DNA of 64,000 bases from Alphaproteobacteria bacterium (lineage in GTDB: Bacteria > Pseudomonadota > Alphaproteobacteria > JAAXGF01). The stretch spans positions 3,520,001 through 3,584,000 of the forward strand of contig CAUVXB020000002.1 of the NCBI GenBank assembly GCA_963555825.3, given 5' to 3'. Positions 52,196-62,027 of this stretch are shown here, piece after piece (the stretch's first letter is position 1; each line of letters begins with the position of its first letter). The notes beneath the pieces were generated by a model. The model was not told the DNA's origin. It saw only the letters and a program-made list of their open reading frames with translations, and ran no database searches. The translations under genes were made by a program, and so were the position numbers.

Positions 52196-53645
52196 GGAGA
52201 TGTCCCGGTCGATGTTGAAAAGTTGAGGTAGGTGTCGCTCTCCTGGAGCCGTTAGGCTCCGGGTGCTGCAAACCCAAGAGGGAGAACGACACCATGGGAA
52301 AGAATATCCGTAGTTCCAGTAGCCCGAAAGCCCTTGCCACCTCGTTTCCTATGCCGCCGCTGGCAGACGCGATGGACGCAGTCCGTCTCAGCGTGGATCG
52401 GTTCTGTCTCCTGGCCGGGGTCGAGGCCTTGGCCGAGATGATGGAGGAGGACGCCACGACCGTGTGCGGGGCCCGACATCGTCGCCATGGGAACCGTCGG
52501 GGTTATCGCTGGGGCCATACGCAGAGCGAGATCGGCTACCACGGCGGCCGCGTGAAAGTGCAGCGGCCACGGGTTCGCGACCATGCTGGCAAGGAGGTGG
52601 GTTTGGAGAGCTGGCAGGTGCTGCGCGACGGCAACCTGTTGCTCGAGTGGGCGCTCAACCTGATGGTCCTGAACGTGTCGACCCGCAAGTACCACCGCGC
52701 GGTCCGTCTGCCCGAGGGCGACCTGGCGAAAGCGCGTGGCGACGGCACCTCGAAGTCGGCCGTTTCCCGGCGCTTTGTGGCGCTGTCGCGCAAGAAGATG
52801 AAGGCCTGGCTCGCCTCGGACCTCTCGGAGCTCGACCTGCTGGTCATCCAGATCGACGGTCTGCATGTCGGCGACCATGTCTTGGTGGCGGCGATCGGCG
52901 TCGATGGCAACGGCGACAAGCATGTCCTGGCCGTGGTCGAGGGGGCGACGGAGAACACTGTCGTCGTCCAGGCCTTGCTCGACAATCTCCTCGCCAGGGG
53001 GCTCGATCCGACGCTGCCCCGGCTGTTCATCGTCGATGGCGCGAAGGCGCTCAGCAAAGCGATCCGCAACACCTTCGGTGTGGCCGCCGCCATCCAGCGC
53101 TGCCAGGTCCACAAGGGCCGTAACATCATCGAGCGCCTGCCCCTGCATTTGCATGCAAGCGTCAAGAAGGCGCTCCGTCAGGCCTGGGACCAGGACGACG
53201 CAGACAAGGCCGAACGGCTGCTGCGCAACCTGGCCCGGCGTCTGGAGCATGAGGAACCGGGCGTCTCGGGCAGCATCCTGGAGGGGCTGGACGAGATCCT
53301 CACCGTCATCCGCCTCGGCCTGCCGCACGAACTCCGGCGCTCGCTCGCCTGCACCAACATCGTCGAGAACGCGCTCGGCACGGTGCGCCAGGTCACCCGC
53401 AACGTCAAACGCTGGAGACACGCCGAGATGGCGCTCAGATGGACCGCCGCCGGCCTGCTGGAGGCCCAGAAAACCTTCCGTCGCCTCAAGGCCTATCGTC
53501 AGCTGCCCATCCTCCGAAATGCTCTCCAGGAACACTTGAGAAAGGCTCAGGCCGACAGTGCCATTGAAACCATCATGAAGGCAGCATAGCATCATCAACC
53601 AGCGACGCCTGCCCCACGAATTTCAACAGAGATAGGGACATCGCC
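52196..53645 (+). mobile_element. Second IS256-family species, no target duplication
   Basis: IR GGAGATGTCCCGGTCGATGTTGAAA / TTTCAACAGAGATAGGGACATCGCC; flanks differ. Confidence 0.85.
52294..53589 (+). CDS. IS256 transposase
   Basis: VIQIDG, VDGAKAL, QRCQVHK, CTNIVEN. Confidence 0.92.
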   Translation: MGKNIRSSSSPKALATSFPMPPLADAMDAVRLSVDRFCLLAGVEALAEMMEEDATTVCGARHRRHGNRRGYRWGHTQSEIGYHGGRVKVQRPRVRDHAGKEVGLESWQVLRDGNLLLEWALNLMVLNVSTRKYHRAVRLPEGDLAKARGDGTSKSAVSRRFVALSRKKMKAWLASDLSELDLLVIQIDGLHVGDHVLVAAIGVDGNGDKHVLAVVEGATENTVVVQALLDNLLARGLDPTLPRLFIVDGAKALSKAIRNTFGVAAAIQRCQVHKGRNIIERLPLHLHASVKKALRQAWDQDDADKAERLLRNLARRLEHEEPGVSGSILEGLDEILTVIRLGLPHELRRSLACTNIVENALGTVRQVTRNVKRWRHAEMALRWTAAGLLEAQKTFRRLKAYRQLPILRNALQEHLRKAQADSAIETIMKAA

Positions 53646-53754
53646 CGATTTGGGAGTGAATCCGGTTAACTTGACAAATCCCTTCAACCTGCAGGAACCC
53701 ATCATCTTCGTAGCGCCGCTTTTGATCTTCGGTGAGAAGCATTGTCTTGATCTC

Positions 53755-55038
53755 TCAATGCCCGTAAATCGGGAAAGCTTGGCTCAGCACGTTGATACGT
53801 GCCAGTGCATTGGTTTCCACAGTGTCGTTGCCAGCAGGAGAAGCTCGCAGGCCTTCCAGGACGTCGATGATGGTCTCGCCGATGAGCGTGAATTCCTGCG
53901 TTCCGAAGCCCCGGGTGGTCCCCGCCGACACACCAAGGCGCAAGCCCGAGGTCACAGCCGGCGGCTTCGGATCGAACGGAATGGCATTCTTGTTGGCGGT
54001 CAGGCCGGCGCGTTCGAGGCTCTCGCTGGCGACATCACCGGTCAGTTCGAGCGGCCGTAGATCGACGAGCATGAGCGGTGTGTCTGTGCCGCCAGTTACG
54101 ACCGTAAGCCCGCCTGCCACGAGGGTCTCGGCCAAAGCGCGGGCATTCTCCAGCACCCGCCTCGCATACATCTTAAATTCGGGCCTCAGCGCTTCGCCGA
54201 GGCACACGGCTTTCGCCGCGACGGCGTGGAGCAGAGGGCTCCCCTGCAGCCCCGGGAACATAGCCGAATCGAGTTTCAGGGCCAATGCTTCGTCATTGGT
54301 CAGGATCAGTCCGCCGCGTGCACCGCGAAGGCTCTTGTACGTCGTGGTCGTAACCACATCGGCATGTGGGATTGGACTTGCGTGAACCCCTCCGGCAACA
54401 AGTCCTGCGAAGTGCGCCATATCGACGAGGAGGGCGCCGCCGCAGTCGTCCGCGATCGCGCGGAACCGTTCGAAATCGATCGTGCGCGGATAAGCCGACC
54501 CACCGGCGATGATCAACTTCGGAGCGTGCGCCGCCGCCAGGCGTTCGACCTCGTCGTAGTCGATCAGGCCGTCCTGGCGTCGAACACCGTAATGCTGCAC
54601 GTCGAACCATTTGCCCGAAAGGTTGGGGGCGGCCCCGTGACTGAGATGTCCGCCCGAGGCCAGATCCATGCTGAGCAGTGTCTCCCCCGGTCGAATAAGC
54701 GCCAGCAAGACGGCGTGGTTGGCCTGACTTCCCGAATGCGGTTGCACGTTTGCGAAGGTGCAACCAAATAACCGGCAGGCGCGATCCACGGCCAATCTCT
54801 CGATGGCATCGACGTTCGTTGCGCCACCGTGATAGCGCCGACCCGGATAGCCCTCGATGGTCTTGTTGGTGAGGATCGATCCCTGGGCCTCGAGCACCGC
54901 TTGGCTGACTATGTTCTCGGAGGCGATCAGCTCGATCTGGTCGTTTTGGCGCGCCGCCTCGTCGGCGATCGCCGTTGCTACGTCCGGGTCCGTGTCGGCC
55001 AGTGACGCCGTGAAGTAACCGGCGTGAGGTTCACTCAC
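53755..55038 (-). CDS. glyA: Serine hydroxymethyltransferase-like PLP enzyme (divergent GlyA paralog)
   Basis: [44 protein letters not shown]; GTG start overlaps the upstream TGA. Confidence 0.85.
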   Translation of the reverse strand: MSEPHAGYFTASLADTDPDVATAIADEAARQNDQIELIASENIVSQAVLEAQGSILTNKTIEGYPGRRYHGGATNVDAIERLAVDRACRLFGCTFANVQPHSGSQANHAVLLALIRPGETLLSMDLASGGHLSHGAAPNLSGKWFDVQHYGVRRQDGLIDYDEVERLAAAHAPKLIIAGGSAYPRTIDFERFRAIADDCGGALLVDMAHFAGLVAGGVHASPIPHADVVTTTTYKSLRGARGGLILTNDEALALKLDSAMFPGLQGSPLLHAVAAKAVCLGEALRPEFKMYARRVLENARALAETLVAGGLTVVTGGTDTPLMLVDLRPLELTGDVASESLERAGLTANKNAIPFDPKPPAVTSGLRLGVSAGTTRGFGTQEFTLIGETIIDVLEGLRASPAGNDTVETNALARINVLSQAFPIYGH

Positions 55039-55820
55039 GCCGCGGCCCCCGCAAGCAGACAGTTGTCGGTCAGCGGTACGACCGGGCTCAGGTCCCGATG
55101 ATGCTGATAGTCGGGCCGCTGATGACGTGTCAGCGCGTTGGAGACCGGATTGAGGATCAACGAAAAGATCATCCGGGGCCACGGCGACATGTTGATCGAC
55201 GAACTGTGCACCAGCGTGTCCCCGAAGATAAGCGCCGTGCCGGGTGGCCCCTTGGCGGAGACCAGTCCGCCTTCGGCCACCAGGCCAGCGACGGTATCGT
55301 TGTCGATCACCCAGAGCGGATAGCTGGTGGTATCGGTGTCGAGCGTCGCGGGCACGGGGCCACGCTTGTGCGAACCCCGGATGAAGACCAGCGGGCCGTT
55401 GAACTCCGTCACCTCGTCGAGAAGGATATGGAGGTTCAGCGCCAGCGGTTCCGGCACACCGTCCTCCCCGCGATGGGTTGCGAAATCGTAGTGCCATTGC
55501 CAGACATCGCCGGAGAACGCCTCCTTGGCGTTCACCTTGACCTGTTGGATATAGAGATCCTCGCCCAGGAGCTGTGTCGCCGGCACCACGAGGCGGGGGT
55601 GGCGCACCAGGTTGGCGTAAATGTCGCTGCGTTGATGCAGGGCCATCGCCGTGCGCACGGCGTCGCTCTCCTTCTCCCTGAAGTTTTCCGGCCGACGATC
55701 CGCAAACAACCGTGGCAGCTCCGCCTTCAGGATCTCGACTTCCGACTGCGAAAATAACGACGGCAGGATGAGGAACCCATCGTCTCGGAATTGCTCCAGG
55801 TGTGCGTCCGTTAGCATCAT
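55035..55820 (-). CDS. PhyH-family Fe(II)/2-oxoglutarate dioxygenase (EctD/proline hydroxylase-like)
   Basis: [20 protein letters not shown] (HxD), NGPL..IRGSH, LVHSS..N, WPR. Confidence 0.88.
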   Translation of the reverse strand: MMLTDAHLEQFRDDGFLILPSLFSQSEVEILKAELPRLFADRRPENFREKESDAVRTAMALHQRSDIYANLVRHPRLVVPATQLLGEDLYIQQVKVNAKEAFSGDVWQWHYDFATHRGEDGVPEPLALNLHILLDEVTEFNGPLVFIRGSHKRGPVPATLDTDTTSYPLWVIDNDTVAGLVAEGGLVSAKGPPGTALIFGDTLVHSSSINMSPWPRMIFSLILNPVSNALTRHQRPDYQHHRDLSPVVPLTDNCLLAGAAA

Positions 55821-55827
55821 GAGTTCT

Positions 55828-55876
55828 TGCGCATTCCGACGAAAGCGGCCACTGATTCCGATCCAAAACGGCCACT
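55828..55876. mobile_element. Isolated IS21-family terminal remnant
   Basis: TGCGCATTCCGACGAAAGCGGCCACTG-ATTCCGATCCAAAACGGCCAC: TG end plus tandem ~22-bp ATTCCGA...CGGCCAC repeats typical of IS21 ends; no istAB follows. Confidence 0.65.
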
Positions 55877-56238
55877 TTGGCCGGAGGTCGAATTTGGCGT
55901 CGTGGTGGTCGCCGTTGGGTGCTCCCTTGATGTCATTTTCGTTCTGTGTGGTCAACGTCGTTGGCGTCGCCCCTTCGCGAGCTGCTGGACATTTTACCGA
56001 TAACAAGGCCATTGCACACGGGCCTGCCCGTGGCGGCAACTATCATTTGTTATTCGGGGCGCATGTTTGACGCTGATCGGCGCGCTTATCCTTTGAGATA
56101 CCCTGATTCTAGGGGTCAATTTTCCGCGCCGAATAACAATGATAGGTTCGCGGGTTGCGAGCGCGGGCCATCCCACAAGCGTCTGCAACGTCCCGTCCGT
56201 TCTCAAACAATGTGTGGGAATAAATAGGGGGTTGTTCC

Positions 56239-57551
56239 CACTAGTGTCCGGTTAAAAATCGAATAAATTCAATTGGTTGGTTATTTGCGAAGCGTTGCAT
56301 CTGTTTTCGTCTCCCGCAAGTGCTTGATGTATGGGCATTTTCTCGAAGAGGGTCACCGAGAGGATCTGTAACAAAGTGTAGAGCGAGGCGTCCAGGTCGA
56401 GGCGCTTCTTGACGATGGCGACGAGGACGTAGACCGAGACGGCAATCCAGATCTGCGTCTTCACCGCGTTCTCCGACGTGCCGTAGAACTGCTTGATCCG
56501 AAGATGCTGCTTGATCCACTTGAAGAAGAGTTCCACCTGCCAGCGGCTTTTGTAGAGCGCGCAGATGGTGGCGGCCGGAAGCGAGAAGTTGTTGGTGATG
56601 AAGACCAGCGTCTTGCCGGACTCGGGGTCCTTGAAGCGGATGCGCCGCAGAAGTTCGGGGTAATCCTGACGGGTGTAGAAGCCGTCCAGGGAGATGGTCT
56701 GGTCGCAAATGATGCCGGTCGAGCGATCCGTCGGCGCCGAATAGACGCGATGAGCATCGATGTTCGACTTGGCACGCGTGACGAAGAAGGCCCCGGCTTG
56801 GTGCAACACATAAAGGCGGGCAAAGTCGACGTAGCCACGATCCACGACGTAGATGGCTCCGGCTTCCGGCAAGAGCATATCGAGGGCATGAACGTCGTGC
56901 AGCTTGCCATCCGAGATGTGGATAAAACTCGGAATGTTGCCCCGCAGGTCGAGCAGCGTGTGCATCTTCACCGCCGCCTTGGTGGTGCGGAAGTGCGCCC
57001 ACGGAAAGACCGACAGGCACAGAGCGATGGTCGTCGAGTCCAGGGCGTAGACGGTATTGGTCAGGTCCAACCCCAGTTCTTCGTCGACGTACAGCGTCCT
57101 CGCCTGGGTGATGAGCCGCTGGGCCAACGCCGCATGGATACGCCAGTCGCGCCTTTCGTTGGCATCGGCCAGCGTCGAGCGCCGGACCGGCTGGCGGAAG
57201 CCCATGTGATAGAGTTTCGATGCGTGGACCGAGAGGCAGGTCTCGATGTCGCGCAGGCTTTCCCGGTAGGTCAGCTGGGCGAAGGCCATGGACCGGTATT
57301 GCTCGGCGCAGGAAAGCGTCCGGACCCGGTGATCGCCGCCATACCGGTCGACGATCCGCGTGAAAGTAGTCCATGGCAGGAAGTCCATGAGCTGAGCGAA
57401 CAGGGTCTTGCCGGTGTTCATGAGCATCTCCTCGGAGAAACTCCGAAAAGTGCTCCATCCAATTCAAATCGACACCATGCATTTTCGCTTCAAACCCCGC
57501 AGAAATCCTGGCTCTCAAAGCCAGCACCGCTCAGTTAACCGGACAGCAGTG
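56239..57551 (-). mobile_element. IS4-family element (1313 bp)
   Basis: IR CACTAGTGTCCGGTTAA / TTAACCGGACAGCAGTG; 9-bp duplication GGTTGTTCC (56230-56238 / 57552-57560). Confidence 0.9.
56252..57421 (-). CDS. IS4 transposase (DUF4372 + DDE)
   Basis: ALDSTTI, VDRGY, YKSRWQVELFFKWIKQ (YREK motif). Confidence 0.92.
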   Translation of the reverse strand: MNTGKTLFAQLMDFLPWTTFTRIVDRYGGDHRVRTLSCAEQYRSMAFAQLTYRESLRDIETCLSVHASKLYHMGFRQPVRRSTLADANERRDWRIHAALAQRLITQARTLYVDEELGLDLTNTVYALDSTTIALCLSVFPWAHFRTTKAAVKMHTLLDLRGNIPSFIHISDGKLHDVHALDMLLPEAGAIYVVDRGYVDFARLYVLHQAGAFFVTRAKSNIDAHRVYSAPTDRSTGIICDQTISLDGFYTRQDYPELLRRIRFKDPESGKTLVFITNNFSLPAATICALYKSRWQVELFFKWIKQHLRIKQFYGTSENAVKTQIWIAVSVYVLVAIVKKRLDLDASLYTLLQILSVTLFEKMPIHQALAGDENRCNASQITNQLNLFDF

Positions 57552-57610
57552 GGTTGTTCCATAAGATATAATTTTTATCTGTGTCCGTCATCAAAACAAA
57601 TGGGACTGTT

Positions 57611-58052
57611 TGAGGTGGTCCCACTTTGTTGGACAGTTTGGCAGCGCGGTTAAGGTGTATTCCGTTGTTTGATCATGCTGCCAAAATCCTTTTTATCACA
57701 TCCTGTTGCTGTTGTTGAGCCTGTGGGGATGTGGGCAAGGCGCGAGCCTTGTCCATCATATCCACAGGTTGACCGGCCCCGTAGGCCTCGGCCGGCGTTT
57801 GACCGTCGAGGGACGAATGGGGCCGCTCGGTGTTGTAGAAGCCGATCCACTCGCCGATGACCCGTTCGGCGTGGAAGCCGTCGGTGAGCTCGTGTAGGTA
57901 GACCGCCTCATACTTGAGAGACCGCCACAGGCGCTCGATGAAGATGTTGTCCATGCAGCGGCCCCGACCGTCCATGGAGATGCGGATGCTCGCGTTCTTG
58001 AGCACGCCGGTGAAGTCGAGGCTGGTGAACTGGCTGCCCTGATCCGTATTGA
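57611..58052 (-). pseudogene. IS3-family 3' fragment (orfB C-terminus + right IR) truncated by IS1380
   Basis: NTDQGSQFTS, MDGRGRCMDNIFIERLWRSLKYE, YNTERPHSSL; IR-like TGAGGTGGTCCCACTTTGTTGGACA. Confidence 0.85.
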
Positions 58053-59694
58053 CCCGCATTTCCCAAGTATCGTCGATATCCAGTGCGGCGAGAAGGCGAT
58101 TCTGCTATAAGAATCATGAAGTTGTAGCATACATGGAGCGGCGGATATGGCACACCCGATGGGTGAATCGAAACCGGGGTGCCTTCGGGTCGTTTTTGAC
58201 CGTCGATTGAAGCTTGAATTCCACGGTTCCAAGATCACCTCTGATGCCGGGTTGCTCGCCTACCGGGAGCTTGACGATGCCCTCGGCCTGACTGAGATGG
58301 CCGAGGGTGTTTTCCAGGATAGCCGTACCGGCAAGAACGGATGGCACGGCATGACGGGTCAGTTTCGCCAGTCCGTTTTCGGGCGCCTTGGCGGCTATGA
58401 CGATGTGAACGACGCCGACCGTCTGGGACGCGATCCCGCCATGCGCTGGATTGTTGGCGGCAAGGCCATCGAAAGACAGGCCGCTTCCACCAGCCAGATG
58501 GGACGCTTCGAGACGGAGCTATTGGCCACCGACGAGAACGTTGAAGCCTTGGTCGACATGAACGGGGTGTGGATCGACAAGGTTCATGACCGCCATCCGC
58601 CGAAGATGATCATTCTCGACATGGACAGCAGCGTCAGCCCGACCCATGGCGAACAAGAGGGAACAGCGTACAATGGTCACTTCGGCTGTACCTGCTACCA
58701 TCCGCTATTCCTGTTCAACCAGTTCGGCGACTTGGAGAGATGTTCCCTGCGCCCCGGTAATGTTCACAGTGCCGACGGATGGCGGAATGTTCTGGAGCCG
58801 GTGGTGATGCGCTATAAGGAAAGGAAGGTGCGGCTGTATTTTCGTGGCGATGCCGCCTTCGCCTCACCGGAGATATACGAATATCTCGAAGCCGAGGGAT
58901 TACTCTACGTCATCCGCCTCAAAGCGAACGCGATTCTCCAGCGGAACATTGCCCATCTGCTTACGCGACCTGTCGGTCGCCCGCCCGACCATGTTCGCCG
59001 TTTCCACGCCAGCTTCAGCTATCAGGCCGGATCGTGGAACAAGAAGCGCCGTGTCGTGGCCAAAGTGGAGTGGCACCCCGGCGAGCTGGTTCCTCGCGTC
59101 GGTTTCATCGTCACTAATCTGTCGCGCCCTACCAAGCGGGTGGTGGCGTTCTATAATCACCGTGGCACGGCGGAGCAGCACATCAAGGAAGGCAAGAACG
59201 CCATCAACTGGACCCGTCTGTCATGTCGCAAGTTCCGCAACAATGCCGTTCGGCTCCAGCTTCACGCCCTGGCCTACAATCTGGGCAACTTCATGAGGAC
59301 ACTGGCTTTGCCGAAGGAGGTGGAGCACTGGTCGATGACGACGTTGCGCGACAAGCTGGTGAAGATCGGGGCCAAGGTTGTCCGACATGGCCGCTACGTT
59401 ACGTTCCAATTGGCTGAGGTGGCGGTGCCGAGGGACCTGTTCCGGAAAATCCTGAGCTTGATTGATGATCTGCGACGAAGACCCGCTCCGGCGTAGGCCG
59501 AGGGAATCGACGGCGAGGAGAAAGCGACAGGAGAGGTGTGTCTGGATGGCGAGAAAAATGACCGAGTGGCCTTCCAAGCGCGGGCCGATTACCAAAATCA
59601 TGCCATCGGATGGCTGCATAGGGGATACAGTTCCCTTGGCGGTGGGAAAGTGGTACGATTTCCACGAATTTGGATGGTATATGGGGAATGTCGG
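58053..59694 (+). mobile_element. IS1380-family element
   Basis: Imperfect IR CCCGCATTTCCCAAGTA / TATATGGGGAATGTCGG; flanks ATTGA and ATTAG do not match exactly. Confidence 0.82.
58147..59496 (+). CDS. IS1380 transposase
   Basis: TSDAGLL, LDMDSS, LRPGN, RGDAAF, YNHRGTAEQHIKEGK. Confidence 0.93.
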   Translation: MAHPMGESKPGCLRVVFDRRLKLEFHGSKITSDAGLLAYRELDDALGLTEMAEGVFQDSRTGKNGWHGMTGQFRQSVFGRLGGYDDVNDADRLGRDPAMRWIVGGKAIERQAASTSQMGRFETELLATDENVEALVDMNGVWIDKVHDRHPPKMIILDMDSSVSPTHGEQEGTAYNGHFGCTCYHPLFLFNQFGDLERCSLRPGNVHSADGWRNVLEPVVMRYKERKVRLYFRGDAAFASPEIYEYLEAEGLLYVIRLKANAILQRNIAHLLTRPVGRPPDHVRRFHASFSYQAGSWNKKRRVVAKVEWHPGELVPRVGFIVTNLSRPTKRVVAFYNHRGTAEQHIKEGKNAINWTRLSCRKFRNNAVRLQLHALAYNLGNFMRTLALPKEVEHWSMTTLRDKLVKIGAKVVRHGRYVTFQLAEVAVPRDLFRKILSLIDDLRRRPAPA

Positions 59695-59799
59695 ATTAGA
59701 CCAATATACGGAAATCTGGCACACTGTACAGACCTTCGGCGATTCCATGAGCGGCGAAAAAACAAGAATCTCCACCGGCGCCGATGGGTGGGAGGCGGT

Positions 59800-60909
59800 A
59801 TGTGGAGTTACAAAAATAGCGTCCGAATCAAGTTCGGCGCTGGTTCGCTCGACGAGATCGGCGATCTGGTTCAGGGCCGCACCTATTGCCTCGTCACCTA
59901 TGACGAGCCGATTTTTCATGGCTTCGCCCAGCGCACTGCCGCGCTCGCCGGTCCGGCCACGCTCACCATCGACAATGTGGTCCCGAACCCGGACTTCCAC
60001 ATGCTGACCGCATCCTGCGACCGATTTGCCGCCGCCGAAACGGTCCCGGAAGTTATAGTCGCCCTGGGCGGGGGATCGGTTATCGACGCCGCCAAGGTGG
60101 TCGCCGCAGGCGGCAATGGTTTCGGCGCCGTCAAACGGTTTCTCGAAGACGGCGCGGGCGAGGACGCGTTGACGGCGACCCCGATTGTCGCGATCCCGAC
60201 CACCGCTGGAACAGGAAGGGAACTCACCTCATGGGCGAGCGGGTGGGATACGGATTTCAAGCGCAAGTATTCCCTGTCGCGGCTGTCCTTGTATCCTACC
60301 GATGCATTGATCGACCCCGAACTGATGGTGGCGATGCCGCGAGCTTTGACGGTCAGCACCGCGCTGGATGCTCTTTCCCATTCCCGGGAGAGCATTTGGA
60401 ATGTGAACGGCAATCCGGTTTCCACGAACCATGCGGTCACCGCCGCGAGGGAAATCCTGGATACTCTCCCCGAGTTGGTGGACGATCTGAGCAATCTGGA
60501 CCTCCGCACCCGGATCGCCCGGGCCGCGACATTTGCGGGACTGGCGTTTTCCAACACCAGAACCGCGCTGGCCCATTCCATTTCCTACCCCATCACCCTG
60601 AGTCACGGCACGCCGCACGGCATCGCCTGTTCGTTCAGTCTGCCCATGGTGATGCGGAGCGTGATCGGCGCCGATCTGACCTGCGATACCGGATTGGGGC
60701 GTATTTTCGGATCGAATTTGCCGGCCGGCGCGGACCGGCTGGAGGAATTTCTCGTCAATCTCGGTGTCTCCGTCGACAAGGCGGACTACGGGGTCGATGA
60801 CGGGGAGTGGCAGGAGTTGATCGAATCCGCCATGACCGGTGAAAGAGGACGCAATTTGATCGGATCGCAGGAGCGTGTGACCGAGAGTCTAGGCGCTGAC
60901 AAAAGGTGA
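59800..60909 (+). CDS. Iron-containing alcohol dehydrogenase (hydroxyethylphosphonate dehydrogenase / phosphonoacetaldehyde reductase-like)
   Basis: GGAGG RBS; PNP, ALGGGSVIDAAK, PTTAGTG, DALSH, ALAH, PHG metal ligands; directly upstream of a phosphonate-type ABC transporter. Confidence 0.8.
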   Translation: MWSYKNSVRIKFGAGSLDEIGDLVQGRTYCLVTYDEPIFHGFAQRTAALAGPATLTIDNVVPNPDFHMLTASCDRFAAAETVPEVIVALGGGSVIDAAKVVAAGGNGFGAVKRFLEDGAGEDALTATPIVAIPTTAGTGRELTSWASGWDTDFKRKYSLSRLSLYPTDALIDPELMVAMPRALTVSTALDALSHSRESIWNVNGNPVSTNHAVTAAREILDTLPELVDDLSNLDLRTRIARAATFAGLAFSNTRTALAHSISYPITLSHGTPHGIACSFSLPMVMRSVIGADLTCDTGLGRIFGSNLPAGADRLEEFLVNLGVSVDKADYGVDDGEWQELIESAMTGERGRNLIGSQERVTESLGADKR

Positions 60910-60968
60910 CCGGGAGATTAAATCCGCGCGCCGACATCTAATTCGTGCCAAAAAAACAGGAGGCAACC

Positions 60969-61925
60969 ATGTGTACCGATTACAAATCTCATGACCCACG
61001 CAGAAACCGCGCCCGGCGGGCGATCGCCTGGACGGCCGCGACCGTTTTCTCGCTCGGTTTGTCCGGACAAGTGCTGGCGGCGGCCGAATGCGAGAACCCC
61101 GACGCCCTGACCTTCGCCATCATCCCGACCGAGGAGACCGTGGCGGAACTGCAGCTCTACAAACCGGTCACCGACCGCATGGCCGAAATGACCGGCAAGA
61201 AAATCCAGTTCTTCATGCCGACGTCCTACGCATCGGTTGTCGAAGGCATGTTGAGCGGTTTCGTTCATGTCGGCGTTCTCGGTCCCTACACCTACGTCAT
61301 CGCCAACAACAAGGACCCCAACATCGAGGTCTTCGCCACCTACGCCAAGCGGCCCGGCCACCTTCAGGAGGAAGGCCCCGGCTATCGCGGTGTTCTGGTG
61401 ACCAAGAAGGGTTCCGGGTTCACCACCATCGAGTCCCTCAAGGGATCGGTGCTCGGCCTCACCGACCCGGGCAGCACATCGGGCAATTTAATGCCGCGTG
61501 TGGTATTCTCCGAAACCGTCGGCATGGACTTGGACGATTATTTCGGCAAAGTCGTTTACACGGGCAGCCACGAGCTTTCCACGGTGGCGGTTCACCAGGG
61601 CAAGGTCGACGCGGCCTTCGTCGCCACGCACCGCTTCGACAACGTGGTTGATAAGAGCGAAGTGGCGCTGGGCGATTTCAATGTTTTGTGGAAGTCCGAT
61701 CCGATCCCGCAGGACCCCTTCGTCTACCGCAATACCCTGTGCGACGATATCAAGAAGAATATCGAGGACACTTTCCTGGGCCTCAAGGACCAGCCCGGGG
61801 CCAAAAAATTCCTCGACAACGTCAAATCCAATACCTTCGTCCGCATGACGTCCGATGATTACAACATCATTCGCGCCTTGAAAAAGGCCAAGGACGAGCG
61901 CAAGAAAAAGGCGAACTCGGGCTGA
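60969..61925 (+). CDS. phnD: Phosphonate/phosphite ABC transporter substrate-binding protein
   Basis: AGGAGG RBS; signal peptide; SYASVVEGM, LGPYTY, DPGSTSG, GSH, VDAAF. Confidence 0.88.
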   Translation: MCTDYKSHDPRRNRARRAIAWTAATVFSLGLSGQVLAAAECENPDALTFAIIPTEETVAELQLYKPVTDRMAEMTGKKIQFFMPTSYASVVEGMLSGFVHVGVLGPYTYVIANNKDPNIEVFATYAKRPGHLQEEGPGYRGVLVTKKGSGFTTIESLKGSVLGLTDPGSTSGNLMPRVVFSETVGMDLDDYFGKVVYTGSHELSTVAVHQGKVDAAFVATHRFDNVVDKSEVALGDFNVLWKSDPIPQDPFVYRNTLCDDIKKNIEDTFLGLKDQPGAKKFLDNVKSNTFVRMTSDDYNIIRALKKAKDERKKKANSG

Positions 61926-61935
61926 ATTGGTGGCG

Positions 61936-61972
61936 GCCGGCCGGAGCGAAGCACTTTCCCGCTCCGGCCGGC
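61936..61972 (+). terminator. Intercistronic 13-bp stem-loop after phnD
   Basis: GCCGGCCGGAGCG-N11-CGCTCCGGCCGGC; usual position for a binding-protein mRNA stabiliser or partial terminator. Confidence 0.6.
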
Positions 61973-62027
61973 TCCTCCCTTCGATCCCAGCGGTTCGGTA
62001 ACAATTTTTTCTGGCCGGGGGTGGCGC

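Noticed and set aside
55039-55875. 706-aa SHMT fusion ORF
   Set aside because: The extension is an alternative frame over the dioxygenase gene; SHMT similarity starts at 55038
59536-59799. N-terminal extension of the Fe-ADH
   Set aside because: It begins inside the IS1380 end; a good RBS precedes the ATG at 59800
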